This document shows, piece by piece, positions 24,291 to 31,864 of a stretch of DNA of 31,864 nucleotides. The translations under genes and the position numbers were made by a program. Within the stretch, counting starts at the first letter, position 1; each line of letters starts with the position of its first letter. Under the pieces are notes generated by a model. The model was not told the origin of the DNA, made no database searches, and worked only from the letters and a program-made list of their open reading frames with translations. Origin of the DNA: a virus (taxonomy: Duplodnaviria > Caudoviricetes); the IMG/VR virus record IMGVR_UViG_3300042866_001249, positions 1 through 31,864 of that record; one strand, given 5' to 3'.

Positions 24291-25897
24291 GCCGCCTCCT
24301 TGTTATCCACAGAAGCCAACCGCATCGCCACTTCCAGTACCGCGCCCGCGCGGGTGTCCGCATCGGCCTTCGCGTCTTTGGCGTGCTTGATGTATTCGTT
24401 CGCCATCGCCCCTGCCAACTTCCCAGCGTTGCGGCCAGTCATCCCGGCCAACGCCTCAGCCGCAGGGAAGAACGCCCCGCGAACATGCTCGGCGTGCCCT
24501 TGCCAGAACGCTTCCCGGTCCGCGTCCGTCTTCGCCCGTGCCAGCCGATCCGCCTCGACCTTGCCCAGCCGTTCGGCAACGTCGGACAGCACGGGGAGCA
24601 TCGACCGCGCGGGTTGTGCCCCGCCGACCGGCGCGGCCTGATTCGTGTCTTCCTTTTCCCACGCGGGCAACTCTTGATCCACCAGCACCTTCGCCGCCTG
24701 CATGTTGATGGGCACATGCACAACGTCACCTTCGGGACCGTGCAACGGCTCGCCCAACTTGCGGCAACCCTGATTCGCCGTGTAGATGCCCCATTGCCGA
24801 CCCTGCGCGACGGCTTCCATCTGGCTCTTCCAGTCGCCTCGCAGCAACTCGTGTTCGTTGATCTGTGCCCGAAGCGTCTGTTCTTTCTGGCTGAACAACT
24901 TGCGGGAGCATTCAACCTCGAACTTGCTCTGGACGGGTGCCAACGCCCCTTGGTAATACTCGATCCGCTGCTGCTCGATGTTGTTGAACTTGGCCCCATC
25001 CATGATCCCAACCATGTGCGGAGGGACGCCGAACGCATTGGCGAGCGAGGATTCGGAGAACTTATACAACTCGATCAGTTGCGCGTCTTCGTGGCTCATG
25101 CCCTTGAACGCTTCCAACTCCATGCCGGGTTTCAGCGACAAAATCCGCCGCTTCTTCGCGCCGACATACTCACGCTCGATGGTCTGCTCGACCTCGTTTT
25201 GGGTCTTGGGGTCGGGCTTGATCGTCCACTTCAAGATACCAGACGGGTTTATCATCGACCCGATGCCCGAGCCAGCAGATTCGGTCACAGCCGCCGCGAG
25301 GCCCAGCGATTCGGCCAAGTAGCGGACGGGCGAAAGCATGTTGACGCCATCAAGCGACAGGCCCGGCAACTCGAACACCTCGTTCTGTGCCAGCGTGTAA
25401 GTCTCTCCGTTGTCATTCGTGATTCGGTACTGGATCGGCCCGAACGCACCGTTCCGGCGTTCCTTGATGATGTGCCGCCAGTGGACTGGCCACAACTGCA
25501 CGGGCCTGCCCGTCGTCGTAGACCGCACAATCCGCGCCAGACCAAGCCCCGTCAATTGCTGGTTCGCAACCAACGCTTCTTTCATCGACACCGCCGACAT
25601 TTCCGGGTTCGGCTCGACGTTCAGCAGATACCAGAGCGGGTGATCGTTGCGGTCGATGATGTTCCCGCCGCGAACGTCCACGATATCAATGGGGCACTTG
25701 GCAATGTCCTGCGAAATCAGCCGCACGCACGTCATCACAACGCGGATGCGCAGGGCAGTTTCTTCGGTGATGGTGTACCCCGCACTGCTCGGCTCGCCAC
25801 CGCCCCAAATGGATACCGCGCCCTCGCTTCCAAGGGCTACCCCGCCGTACTTCGCGGCGCGCAGAATCAAACCGGCCAGCAACGATTTCAGGGCCAT
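24287..25897 (-). CDS. Portal protein, HK97 family
   Basis: CVRLISQDIA, LLNVEPNPEMS, AFGVPPHMVG, NNIEQQ, LLRGD. Confidence 0.97.
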   Translation of the reverse strand: MALKSLLAGLILRAAKYGGVALGSEGAVSIWGGGEPSSAGYTITEETALRIRVVMTCVRLISQDIAKCPIDIVDVRGGNIIDRNDHPLWYLLNVEPNPEMSAVSMKEALVANQQLTGLGLARIVRSTTTGRPVQLWPVHWRHIIKERRNGAFGPIQYRITNDNGETYTLAQNEVFELPGLSLDGVNMLSPVRYLAESLGLAAAVTESAGSGIGSMINPSGILKWTIKPDPKTQNEVEQTIEREYVGAKKRRILSLKPGMELEAFKGMSHEDAQLIELYKFSESSLANAFGVPPHMVGIMDGAKFNNIEQQRIEYYQGALAPVQSKFEVECSRKLFSQKEQTLRAQINEHELLRGDWKSQMEAVAQGRQWGIYTANQGCRKLGEPLHGPEGDVVHVPINMQAAKVLVDQELPAWEKEDTNQAAPVGGAQPARSMLPVLSDVAERLGKVEADRLARAKTDADREAFWQGHAEHVRGAFFPAAEALAGMTGRNAGKLAGAMANEYIKHAKDAKADADTRAGAVLEVAMRLASVDNKEAA

Positions 25898-25903
25898 TGC
25901 CGC

Positions 25904-25931
25904 ATCCTTGCCGGTTTTCAGCAGTTGTCAA
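25904..25931 (-). promoter_or_regulatory. Late promoter copy 5: TTGACA-N16-AAGGAT-N6-ATG
   Basis: One of five identically spaced copies. Confidence 0.82.
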
Positions 25932-27580
25932 CCTAGGACCCGCACGAGGTCACGCGCGTCGTATTGCGCGGAGTCCTCCGTCAGCAAAAGCCGACTCAAC
26001 GCCATAAGCATCGCAGCCCCGGCGTCGATCAAAGCCCCGTCTGCGCCCTTCCGTGGCATCATGCCCCCGCCGCTCCGCTGCCTGTGCCATGTCATATTCG
26101 TGACCATCCATGCAAGGCAGGGGTTGCCATCATGCACGATCTTCTTCGATTTGACCAGCTCTTGCAGCTTCCGGCAGGCATTCGTGTAGGTTGCGTAGTT
26201 CTGCCTCAGTTCCACCACGGGCAAGCCATCCTCGTTGGCCAGCCGTGGGGCAATGTCAGCCGCGCCGTAGGGGTCGTAGCCAATCTCGTGGTGCCACAGC
26301 ATCCCCGATGCCGCCTTGATGTCGGCCCGGATGTAGTCGTAATCAATCTGGTCGCCTGGCGTAGCGGTCATGTACCGATTCTCGATCCAGTCGCGGTACG
26401 GCACCCGGTTCGCCTTCTCGCGGGCTTCGATGTTGTCGCGGGGGATGTAGATGTGGGGATAGACGTAGTGCATCCCATGCTCGTCGCGCACCACGGTCAC
26501 GAAGGCCGTTGCGTCGATCCAACGGGCCAAGTCCATCCCGCCGCAGACCGCGTGTTTCTTGTCGGCCCATGCGGATAGTGGTGGAACCTCACCCTTGCAG
26601 GCAAGCCAATCCTCCGCAGAAACCGCCATATCCGCCTCGTTCGTCCACTGGTTGAGGTAGTACGAACGGAACCGGCTCACCGTCATCGCGCCGGTTTCGA
26701 TGTCCCGCATGTAGTCGTAGAACCGCTCGACGTTGATGGAAGTTCCAAGGCCGGGATTCGCCTTGTACCAAGTCTCTTCCGACTTCCAGTCATCCTCAGG
26801 CCCAGCCCCAAACACCATCACCAGCGCGTGCGGGTCTTTGACGATGCCGTTCCAGATTCGCAAGTCGGCCTCGAATATCTTGTAGCCGAAACGGGTGGTG
26901 TTGTCGCCCGCCGTGGACAAGACCCATTCCATGCTCTCGGGAATCTTGGACAGATTCAACCGGGCCTTCTGGAACATGTCGTCAGTGCGGAACTCGTGTA
27001 CCTCGTCCACGATCAGGAAGAACGGACGAAACCCGTGCTTGCCCTTCCCGCTGCTGCTGCCAGCTTTGAAAAACGAACGCATACGCGGGTAACTGATCCC
27101 GTCCGCGTGGGTCTGGAAGTCCGACAGCATCGGGCTTCCGTCCACCATCTGCTTCGCATCGCGAATCATGATCTTCGCTTGCTCGGCATCGTTCGCCAGC
27201 ACGTAGATTTCAGCGTTGGCCCGCAGCATCCCGTAGACACCAACGCCCGCGCCTAGCGGGGTCTTGCCGCTGGTCTTGGGTAGCCACAGGTGGACGGAGT
27301 GATACCGCCGCGTGCCGTCCTTACGCTTCCAGCCAAACGCCCGGCGAAGGATTGCCCGCTGATCGTCGCGAGGTTGGAAAGGCTGCCCGGCGAGGTTGGG
27401 AATCACGAGGCAGTCTTCAAAGAACGCCGTTACCTTGTCGGCGGATTCCTTGTCGAAGAAGTACCCACGGGCCTCGACCTCGCGGTCCTGCGCGAGCATC
27501 ACCGGCGTTCCCTGCAACCCCGGCTCGTCTTCCGGCCCGGCCCACTTCATCGCGAGCATCCAGGGGCGGTCAAGGGGCAT
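25928..27580 (-). CDS. terL: Terminase large subunit (HK97-like)
   Basis: FGWKRKDGTRRY, Walker A PKTSGKT, Walker B LIVDEVH, STAG, KANPGLG, GMDLA, YDPY, IDAG. Confidence 0.96.
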   Translation of the reverse strand: MPLDRPWMLAMKWAGPEDEPGLQGTPVMLAQDREVEARGYFFDKESADKVTAFFEDCLVIPNLAGQPFQPRDDQRAILRRAFGWKRKDGTRRYHSVHLWLPKTSGKTPLGAGVGVYGMLRANAEIYVLANDAEQAKIMIRDAKQMVDGSPMLSDFQTHADGISYPRMRSFFKAGSSSGKGKHGFRPFFLIVDEVHEFRTDDMFQKARLNLSKIPESMEWVLSTAGDNTTRFGYKIFEADLRIWNGIVKDPHALVMVFGAGPEDDWKSEETWYKANPGLGTSINVERFYDYMRDIETGAMTVSRFRSYYLNQWTNEADMAVSAEDWLACKGEVPPLSAWADKKHAVCGGMDLARWIDATAFVTVVRDEHGMHYVYPHIYIPRDNIEAREKANRVPYRDWIENRYMTATPGDQIDYDYIRADIKAASGMLWHHEIGYDPYGAADIAPRLANEDGLPVVELRQNYATYTNACRKLQELVKSKKIVHDGNPCLAWMVTNMTWHRQRSGGGMMPRKGADGALIDAGAAMLMALSRLLLTEDSAQYDARDLVRVLG

Positions 27581-27788
27581 TGTCGCCCTTCCTGGCGAGA
27601 TGCAACGCCGCCGCCCTGTTGCACGCGCGATACATGGTGGACAGCGACTCTTCAACAAGCCGCGAGAGTTCGGCGTCATTCCGCACGTCCACATGCGTCT
27701 GCAAGTCGCTGGCGATCAGGTCACAGATAAGCCGTGTGCGCTCCATGACCTCGAACGCCGTCCATTCGTCACGCTTCTTGTCGTTCAC
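27570..27788 (-). CDS. Hypothetical protein (72 aa)
   Basis: GTGA overlap upstream; overlaps the terL start. Confidence 0.6.
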   Translation of the reverse strand: MNDKKRDEWTAFEVMERTRLICDLIASDLQTHVDVRNDAELSRLVEESLSTMYRACNRAAALHLARKGDNAP

Positions 27789-28195
27789 GCCGCACCCCTT
27801 TCCACCCTCGCGTCTCCAACCGCTGCCCGCACTTGATCTACCAACCCGCTCGGCCCATCGACATAAGCATCAAGCAGGTTTTCTCGCCCGATGCGAGGTG
27901 CCAGCACATCACACACAACACGCCCCACCTCGCGATGCCACTCTTCGGAATCAGTCGGCACGTCCAGCCGGGCAAGCCGTTGCAGTTCGCCCATCAACTC
28001 CCGCACCGCTGGCCGATCCGCACGCCCAAAGCGTTCCTTGCCAGCACGCTCCCGCTGTGTCTCTTGCACCGCCTGCGTCCGACGCATCAACATCCAGACT
28101 TCACGCAGCCCGCGTCGTTGTCGCAACTTGGCGTCTAGTTTCGCCTCGTACAGCATCGCCGCCCGCGCCGCATCCCTGCTCGCCTCGCGATCCAT
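27785..28195 (-). CDS. Hypothetical helical protein
   Basis: Co-oriented ORF filling the gap between terS and terL. Confidence 0.6.
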   Translation of the reverse strand: MDREASRDAARAAMLYEAKLDAKLRQRRGLREVWMLMRRTQAVQETQRERAGKERFGRADRPAVRELMGELQRLARLDVPTDSEEWHREVGRVVCDVLAPRIGRENLLDAYVDGPSGLVDQVRAAVGDARVERGAA

Positions 28196-28206
28196 GCAAC
28201 CCCCAT

Positions 28207-28701
28207 TCAGGCATACTTGCCAATCGGGAACGATTCGCCCTCGTCCTGCCCGGCCCGATCCTTGGGCACGGTCGTAATCACGCCCACGCGATACAACGCA
28301 AGTTCGTCATCCGCACATGACGCGGCCAGTGCAAGCCACTCCTTCACCTGCGGGCGCAACTTCTCGACACCTTCCGCGTCGTACTGATACCCGCCTGGGC
28401 ACCCCTCGTCGTCACGCTTCAACGTCGCGATGTACGCGGACAGTTGCCGCCAACGGGCGACCTTTTCGCAGTACCGGGCAAGCCGCTCCGCAAAGAGCGA
28501 ACGGTCAACACCCCAACTTGGGCTAGCGGGTGCAATCTCCTGCCAAACGGTTGCAGCGTCAGCACTTAGCCACGCGGGGCAGTCGATAGCAACCCCGCCG
28601 ATCAGGTCCTTGCGTTGTTCGCCATGCGCTCGGTGTGCCCGTCGCCCGCTCGCCTGTGCCACCGCCGCAGGCACGGGGATCGCTCCACGTATGTTTGGCA
28701 T
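28207..28701 (-). CDS. terS: Terminase small subunit (P27-like)
   Basis: RGAIPVP start, CPAWLSADAATVWQEI, LARYC, RPQV; follows HNH/cos. Confidence 0.85.
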   Translation of the reverse strand: MPNIRGAIPVPAAVAQASGRRAHRAHGEQRKDLIGGVAIDCPAWLSADAATVWQEIAPASPSWGVDRSLFAERLARYCEKVARWRQLSAYIATLKRDDEGCPGGYQYDAEGVEKLRPQVKEWLALAASCADDELALYRVGVITTVPKDRAGQDEGESFPIGKYA

Positions 28702-28706
28702 GGTAA

Positions 28707-28735
28707 ATCGTTGGCACGCTATGGGTTGTGGTCAA
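28707..28735 (-). promoter_or_regulatory. Possible variant late promoter TTGACC-N17-AACGAT-N5-ATG
   Basis: Resembles the five-copy motif but with a 17-nt spacer; no SD before terS. Confidence 0.5.
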
Positions 28736-28817
28736 GTATTCGGACCCACAACGCCTAGGGATTGTGCCGCACGATTCTAAATACCCTAGATTCTCAGATT
28801 TTGGGGCACGTAAAAAT

Positions 28818-29057
28818 TCACCTCAACGGATCGGTACGTCCGTTGGTCTGTAGTCTCGACCCCCCTACCCCCCCTCCGTCGCTCTGGTTGGCGTCTGGTT
28901 GGGGTTCTAGGTTGCCCATGTTCACACACTCGGACGCCACCAGCCATCGGTGTTCAGCCCCGCCATCACACCCAACCACATCGCAACCCATCATGCGAAA
29001 GAACGCACGGGCCACGCGGAGATTGACACCATCAAACACAATCGCATCCATGCTCAT
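28818..29057 (-). CDS. Hypothetical protein running into the cos region
   Basis: ATGA overlap with HNH; GAGGG upstream. Confidence 0.45.
   Translation of the reverse strand: MSMDAIVFDGVNLRVARAFFRMMGCDVVGCDGGAEHRWLVASECVNMGNLEPQPDANQSDGGGVGGSRLQTNGRTDPLR
28824..28875. other. Candidate cos site
   Basis: CAACGGA-TCGGTACG-TCCGTTG dyad next to G runs, between HNH and terS, where cos usually lies in HK97-like phages. Confidence 0.45.
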
Positions 29058-29410
29058 CGTCCTGCCCTCGCCGCAACCCCTTCGGCTGCTGTCTTCCTCG
29101 CATGGCACCGCTTGCACACGCCTTGCAGGTTGTGCCGTTCGTTGGTCCCGCCCATGCTCTTCGGTGTGATGTGGTCTACCTGCTGTGTCGCCTCGCGCTT
29201 GCAGATGCGGCAGATGGGTTCCTCTGCTCTGACTATCGCAGCCACCGCGTACCACTGGTCGTCGTAACCACGCTCATGCCTGCTCTTCGTGCTGGTGGCC
29301 CACGCTGGCGGCTTGGATGTCAGTTGGTGGTGTTCGCAGTAGGATGACCCGGACGCGGCGTATGCCCTGCAACCGGGCTTCCTGCACGCTCTGGGCGGTC
29401 TGTTGCTCAT
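29054..29410 (-). CDS. HNH endonuclease (terminase-associated, HK97 gp74-like)
   Basis: CRKPGC, RGYDDQW, CRIC, VDHITP, NLQGVCKRCHARKT. Confidence 0.94.
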   Translation of the reverse strand: MSNRPPRACRKPGCRAYAASGSSYCEHHQLTSKPPAWATSTKSRHERGYDDQWYAVAAIVRAEEPICRICKREATQQVDHITPKSMGGTNERHNLQGVCKRCHARKTAAEGVAARAGR

Positions 29411-29456
29411 GGAGTAAGTTCTCACACGAAAGGAATGATTCTACCGGGTACTTTGC

Positions 29457-29666
29457 TCATTTCCACCAGGCCCCCGCCCGTTTGCGTACCCATCGGGTCC
29501 ATAGTTTGTTGGTTGGCTCGTGGCGGGTGTTGTATTCGCGGTAGGTGATGAGGACTAACTCACCCCGCTTGGCTTCTCTTGGCTTCTTTGTTTCGATGAC
29601 GAGGCCGCGCCCCTTGATTGTGAACCTGTCGTACTTCGGCGCATCCTTGCGCCCCTGTGCGTCCAT
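29457..29666 (-). CDS. Small basic hypothetical protein
   Basis: AAGGAG RBS. Confidence 0.6.
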   Translation of the reverse strand: MDAQGRKDAPKYDRFTIKGRGLVIETKKPREAKRGELVLITYREYNTRHEPTNKLWTRWVRKRAGAWWK

Positions 29667-29669
29667 CGT

Positions 29670-30032
29670 TCACGCTCCTTTGTCCCATGGTCTGTCCATC
29701 ACGCCTGTCGGTACGTCGTAGCCCCCGTCTTCCAACGCCTCGAAGTGCATGATGGCCGTGAGATTCCAGACGCACGCGGCAAGGTGGTCTTCGTCGGCAT
29801 CGCCCGCCCAGTACCGCAGCATGTGCCGAAACGCGGAGTCATAGAACCTGCTGATAGGCTGGCCCTTCTCCCAGTTGCGGTCGCCGTACTTCTTCGCTCC
29901 AGCCTCGTAGTGCTTGGCGATGCGAAGCAGGGCTGTCGGCGGGACCAGATCAAACCGCCCTTTGCCCTCGCGCGTGTCGCGCACGCTGCCAGTTGCAAAC
30001 TCTTCCCGCTTCCCAGAATCCACTACCTGCAT
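29670..30032 (-). CDS. DUF5664-like dATP/dGTP diphosphohydrolase domain protein
   Basis: GKGRFDLVP, GAKKYGDRNWEKG, DSAFRH, DEDHLAA..WN. Confidence 0.88.
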   Translation of the reverse strand: MQVVDSGKREEFATGSVRDTREGKGRFDLVPPTALLRIAKHYEAGAKKYGDRNWEKGQPISRFYDSAFRHMLRYWAGDADEDHLAACVWNLTAIMHFEALEDGGYDVPTGVMDRPWDKGA

Positions 30033-30355
30033 TTCTTCCGCTCCTTGAATGTGTGCCTCGTCTTCTGCCCCAACGCGAACTTCATCGCCGCCGTCATTGC
30101 TCTAAGCATCCCGTCCCAGTCCAGTTCGCGATCCTGGTACATCTCTGTTTCCATCCGCCCGATTGTGAGTCTCCACCGCATCGGCTCGGACCCTTCGATG
30201 TATTCGGCCTTGCACGGCTGGCCTCGCATGGCGGTCTTGGCGACGACTTGCTCTAGCACTCTGGTTGCTACGGGGTCGTGGTGCAGTTCGATTCGTGTTG
30301 GTTGTGCTTCCAGCATAGATATTGCAGTCTCGTGTAACCGTCCATCGCTGCCCAT
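30023..30355 (-). CDS. Hypothetical protein (start uncertain)
   Basis: Co-oriented, overlapping neighbours. Confidence 0.55.
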   Translation of the reverse strand: MGSDGRLHETAISMLEAQPTRIELHHDPVATRVLEQVVAKTAMRGQPCKAEYIEGSEPMRWRLTIGRMETEMYQDRELDWDGMLRAMTAAMKFALGQKTRHTFKERKKCR

Positions 30356-30528
30356 ATACGCTCGGGGTCGCCGCTTTGCATGGCTTTCTCTAGTTCGGTT
30401 GGCTCGCGCTGTCGCAGGCTTGCGTTCTCTAGATGCTTTGCCATGTTCCTAAGTGCTTCTTTGACTTCTGATTGCGGCGTAAGCGAACCGGCCACGCCAG
30501 CGGACAAGGCGAGTTGGTGTGGTTTCAA
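30268..30528 (-). CDS. Hypothetical protein
   Basis: TTG start overlapping the resolvase TGA; GGGGG upstream. Confidence 0.5.
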   Translation of the reverse strand: MKPHQLALSAGVAGSLTPQSEVKEALRNMAKHLENASLRQREPTELEKAMQSGDPERIWAAMDGYTRLQYLCWKHNQHESNCTTTP

Positions 30529-30917
30529 TCGCTACCCCCATTCAACATCCTGAGATTCGCCTTGATGTCAGACTCGCGGAACACGGTCACAAGGCCGCAC
30601 TTGTCATCCATGAACGTCAGCCGCCAAGCACGCTTTCCGTTTGGTCGCCACATGACGCACGCGCCCCGGCCACTTGCAACGCATTTGTCCGACTTGCTGC
30701 AAGCCTGTACCCACGCCTCCCACAGTTGTTTGGTCCCCAAGTCCAGCGATTCAACCCGCTTCACCTCTAGGTACACGTTCGGCAGGTCGCGGATAACTAC
30801 GTCGCGCCCGTCCTCAACGCCCAGCCCTTTCGAGCGCACGGCGTCGAACCCAAGCGAGCAAATGAACGCCGCCGCTTCGCGTTCGCCCTGGCTGCCTTTG
30901 CGTTGTGAGTGAGTCAC
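30525..30917 (-). CDS. Holliday junction resolvase-like PD-(D/E)xK nuclease
   Basis: SQRKGSQGERE, RD, YLEVKRVE, WVQA. Confidence 0.85.
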   Translation of the reverse strand: MTHSQRKGSQGEREAAAFICSLGFDAVRSKGLGVEDGRDVVIRDLPNVYLEVKRVESLDLGTKQLWEAWVQACSKSDKCVASGRGACVMWRPNGKRAWRLTFMDDKCGLVTVFRESDIKANLRMLNGGSD

Positions 30918-31165
30918 TTGCCCTCCAGTTCTTCAATCGCCGCATCCGCCTCCGCACACGCCTGTTGCAGCCGCTTATATTCCTCTGCCGCGTCGTCTTG
31001 ATTGACGGGTGGGTAGAAGCATCGCTCGAATCGGTACGCGGCCCTGACCTTCTCGTACGCCTCAATCAACCTGTCAATGTCCGTCCCCTTCATGCTTTCG
31101 CCGTGTGCAGCCTTGCGGCCTGCGACGTTCGCGGCGAAGAGGCGGATTCTGTCCATCGCACTCAT
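30914..31165 (-). CDS. Hypothetical protein (83 aa)
   Basis: ATGA overlap; GAGGA RBS. Confidence 0.6.
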   Translation of the reverse strand: MSAMDRIRLFAANVAGRKAAHGESMKGTDIDRLIEAYEKVRAAYRFERCFYPPVNQDDAAEEYKRLQQACAEADAAIEELEGK

Positions 31166-31368
31166 CTTGCGTTCCTCAGTTCTTCCCTCGCCTGTTCCCA
31201 AGTCGCGCAAGGTCCGCCCTGCGCGTACGTCGCATCAACAAACCATTCCTTGATCTTCTTCGGCTTGCACTTGTACCAGTGCCACCAGCCGTTCAACTTG
31301 TGAATGCCACCTGCGATGCGGTCGTTGTGGATGTAGCGGGAGTGGTGTTCGTTTAGGGGTTGCCACAA
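31162..31368 (-). CDS. Trp-rich hypothetical protein (68 aa)
   Basis: TTG start after the GGAAGGGGG motif. Confidence 0.55.
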   Translation of the reverse strand: MWQPLNEHHSRYIHNDRIAGGIHKLNGWWHWYKCKPKKIKEWFVDATYAQGGPCATWEQAREELRNAR

Positions 31369-31559
31369 TCGGCCCCCTTCCGCGAATCGTGCTTTGCCGA
31401 GAGAGCAAGGCAAAGACCGGACACGGCGATCCACCTAGTGAGGCTGTCGGCAAACTCGGCCCGCTCGATCATGCCCGCGAGAAACATCACGTAAACCGCC
31501 GCATACGCGATTCCGAGATGGATGAAAAACTCAAGCCAGTATTCTTTGTTGAACATCAT
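31353..31559 (-). CDS. Small two-TM membrane protein
   Basis: Two hydrophobic segments; GGAAGGGGG upstream. Confidence 0.6.
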   Translation of the reverse strand: MMFNKEYWLEFFIHLGIAYAAVYVMFLAGMIERAEFADSLTRWIAVSGLCLALSAKHDSRKGADCGNP

Positions 31560-31749
31560 GCTAATTGTCCCCCTTCCGCGCCTTCTCAATGAGATCAATA
31601 AAATTGACCGGCTTCCGCTTCGACGGATTCACAAAGATCAACTTGCCGCCGAAGTAACCAGCGGCATACGACGCGCACACCAAGAACACGTACCACCCAA
31701 TCAACACGGCAGTTTCACGTAGGCTTTCCATTGCTCACCCCCTTCCGCG
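31373..31749. repeat. Exact 12-nt repeat CCCCCTTCCGCG x3 at gene junctions (31373, 31569, 31738)
   Basis: Read directly. Confidence 0.85.
31561..31731 (-). CDS. Small single-TM protein (56 aa, not in the ORF track)
   Basis: Manual translation MESLRETAVLIGWYVFLVCASYAAGYFGGKLIFVNPSKRKPVNFIDLIEKARKGDN; GGAAGGGGG upstream. Confidence 0.6.
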   Translation of the reverse strand: MESLRETAVLIGWYVFLVCASYAAGYFGGKLIFVNPSKRKPVNFIDLIEKARKGDN

Positions 31750-31864
31750 CGTTCTCGATGGCGGCGGTGATTGCCTCAGCCAAACCGGGAACATGCTGGC
31801 AGTGATGCTTGATGACGACTTCTTCTGCTGCCAGTTGATCCGCCGTCTTCACCTTCGCCTGCTC
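31715..31864 (-). CDS. 3' end of a hypothetical protein, truncated by the window edge
   Basis: Open frame EQAKVKTADQLAAEE...AIENARKGVSNGKPT-stop. Confidence 0.5.
   Translation of the reverse strand, partial: EQAKVKTADQLAAEEVVIKHHCQHVPGLAEAITAAIENARKGVSNGKPT

Larger units (their letters stand above)
1..31864. mobile_element. Temperate HK97-like siphophage genome segment (excised form, internal attP)
   Basis: Complete terminase-portal-protease-capsid-neck-tail gene order, plus integrase, repressor and attP; no recognisable host housekeeping genes. Confidence 0.97.

Noticed and set aside
21606-25936. Long plus-strand ORFs (21606-23504, 24197-25936; likewise 15670-16674 and 27352-28320)
   Set aside because: Antisense shadows of capsid, portal, tail and terminase-region genes in GC-rich DNA; no motifs or RBS.
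29641-29670. GCAAGGATG inside the 29457-29666 gene (and partial matches near 19190 and 23375) as extra late promoters
   Set aside because: The 29641 copy has no TTGA at the 16-nt spacing; the others lack the full GCAAGGATG core and lie within coding sequence.
29670-30032. DUF5664-like gene as evidence for a 2-aminoadenine (Z) genome
   Set aside because: No PurZ, DatZ or DNA polymerase in the window, and the domain is common in ordinary phages.

Overview
The whole window is part of a temperate, HK97-type siphophage of high GC content, apparently in its excised or free form: an intact attP lies between repressor and integrase, with phage genes on both sides and no host genes. Almost everything is on the minus strand. 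Reading right to left: small nin-like genes (Holliday junction resolvase, DUF5664-like dNTPase), HNH and candidate cos, terminase, portal, protease, capsid, neck, tail (with a -1 frameshift chaperone), unusual Gly-rich and Cys-rich tail-tip genes, an atypical lysis/accessory operon, a sigma70-driven cassette ending in a tyrosine integrase, attP, a CI-like repressor (+) and an AlpA/Cox-like gene. A GC-type dockerin domain suggests a Planctomycetota (Phycisphaerales) host, which is an inference. Main observations: (1) five copies of a non-canonical late promoter, TTGAnn-N16-AAGGAT, three apparently leaderless; (2) an operon under one of these promoters with a u-spanin-like lipoprotein, a holin-like protein, a secreted dockerin plus beta-helix protein and an SGNH hydrolase but no endolysin, while the only muramidase (secreted, i-type-lysozyme-like) sits in the integrase cassette; (3) attP carrying the 5' half of tRNA-Thr(CGT); (4) a structured 234-nt capsid leader; (5) a roughly 45-Cys tail protein. 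All family calls come from motif recognition by eye; no searches were run.
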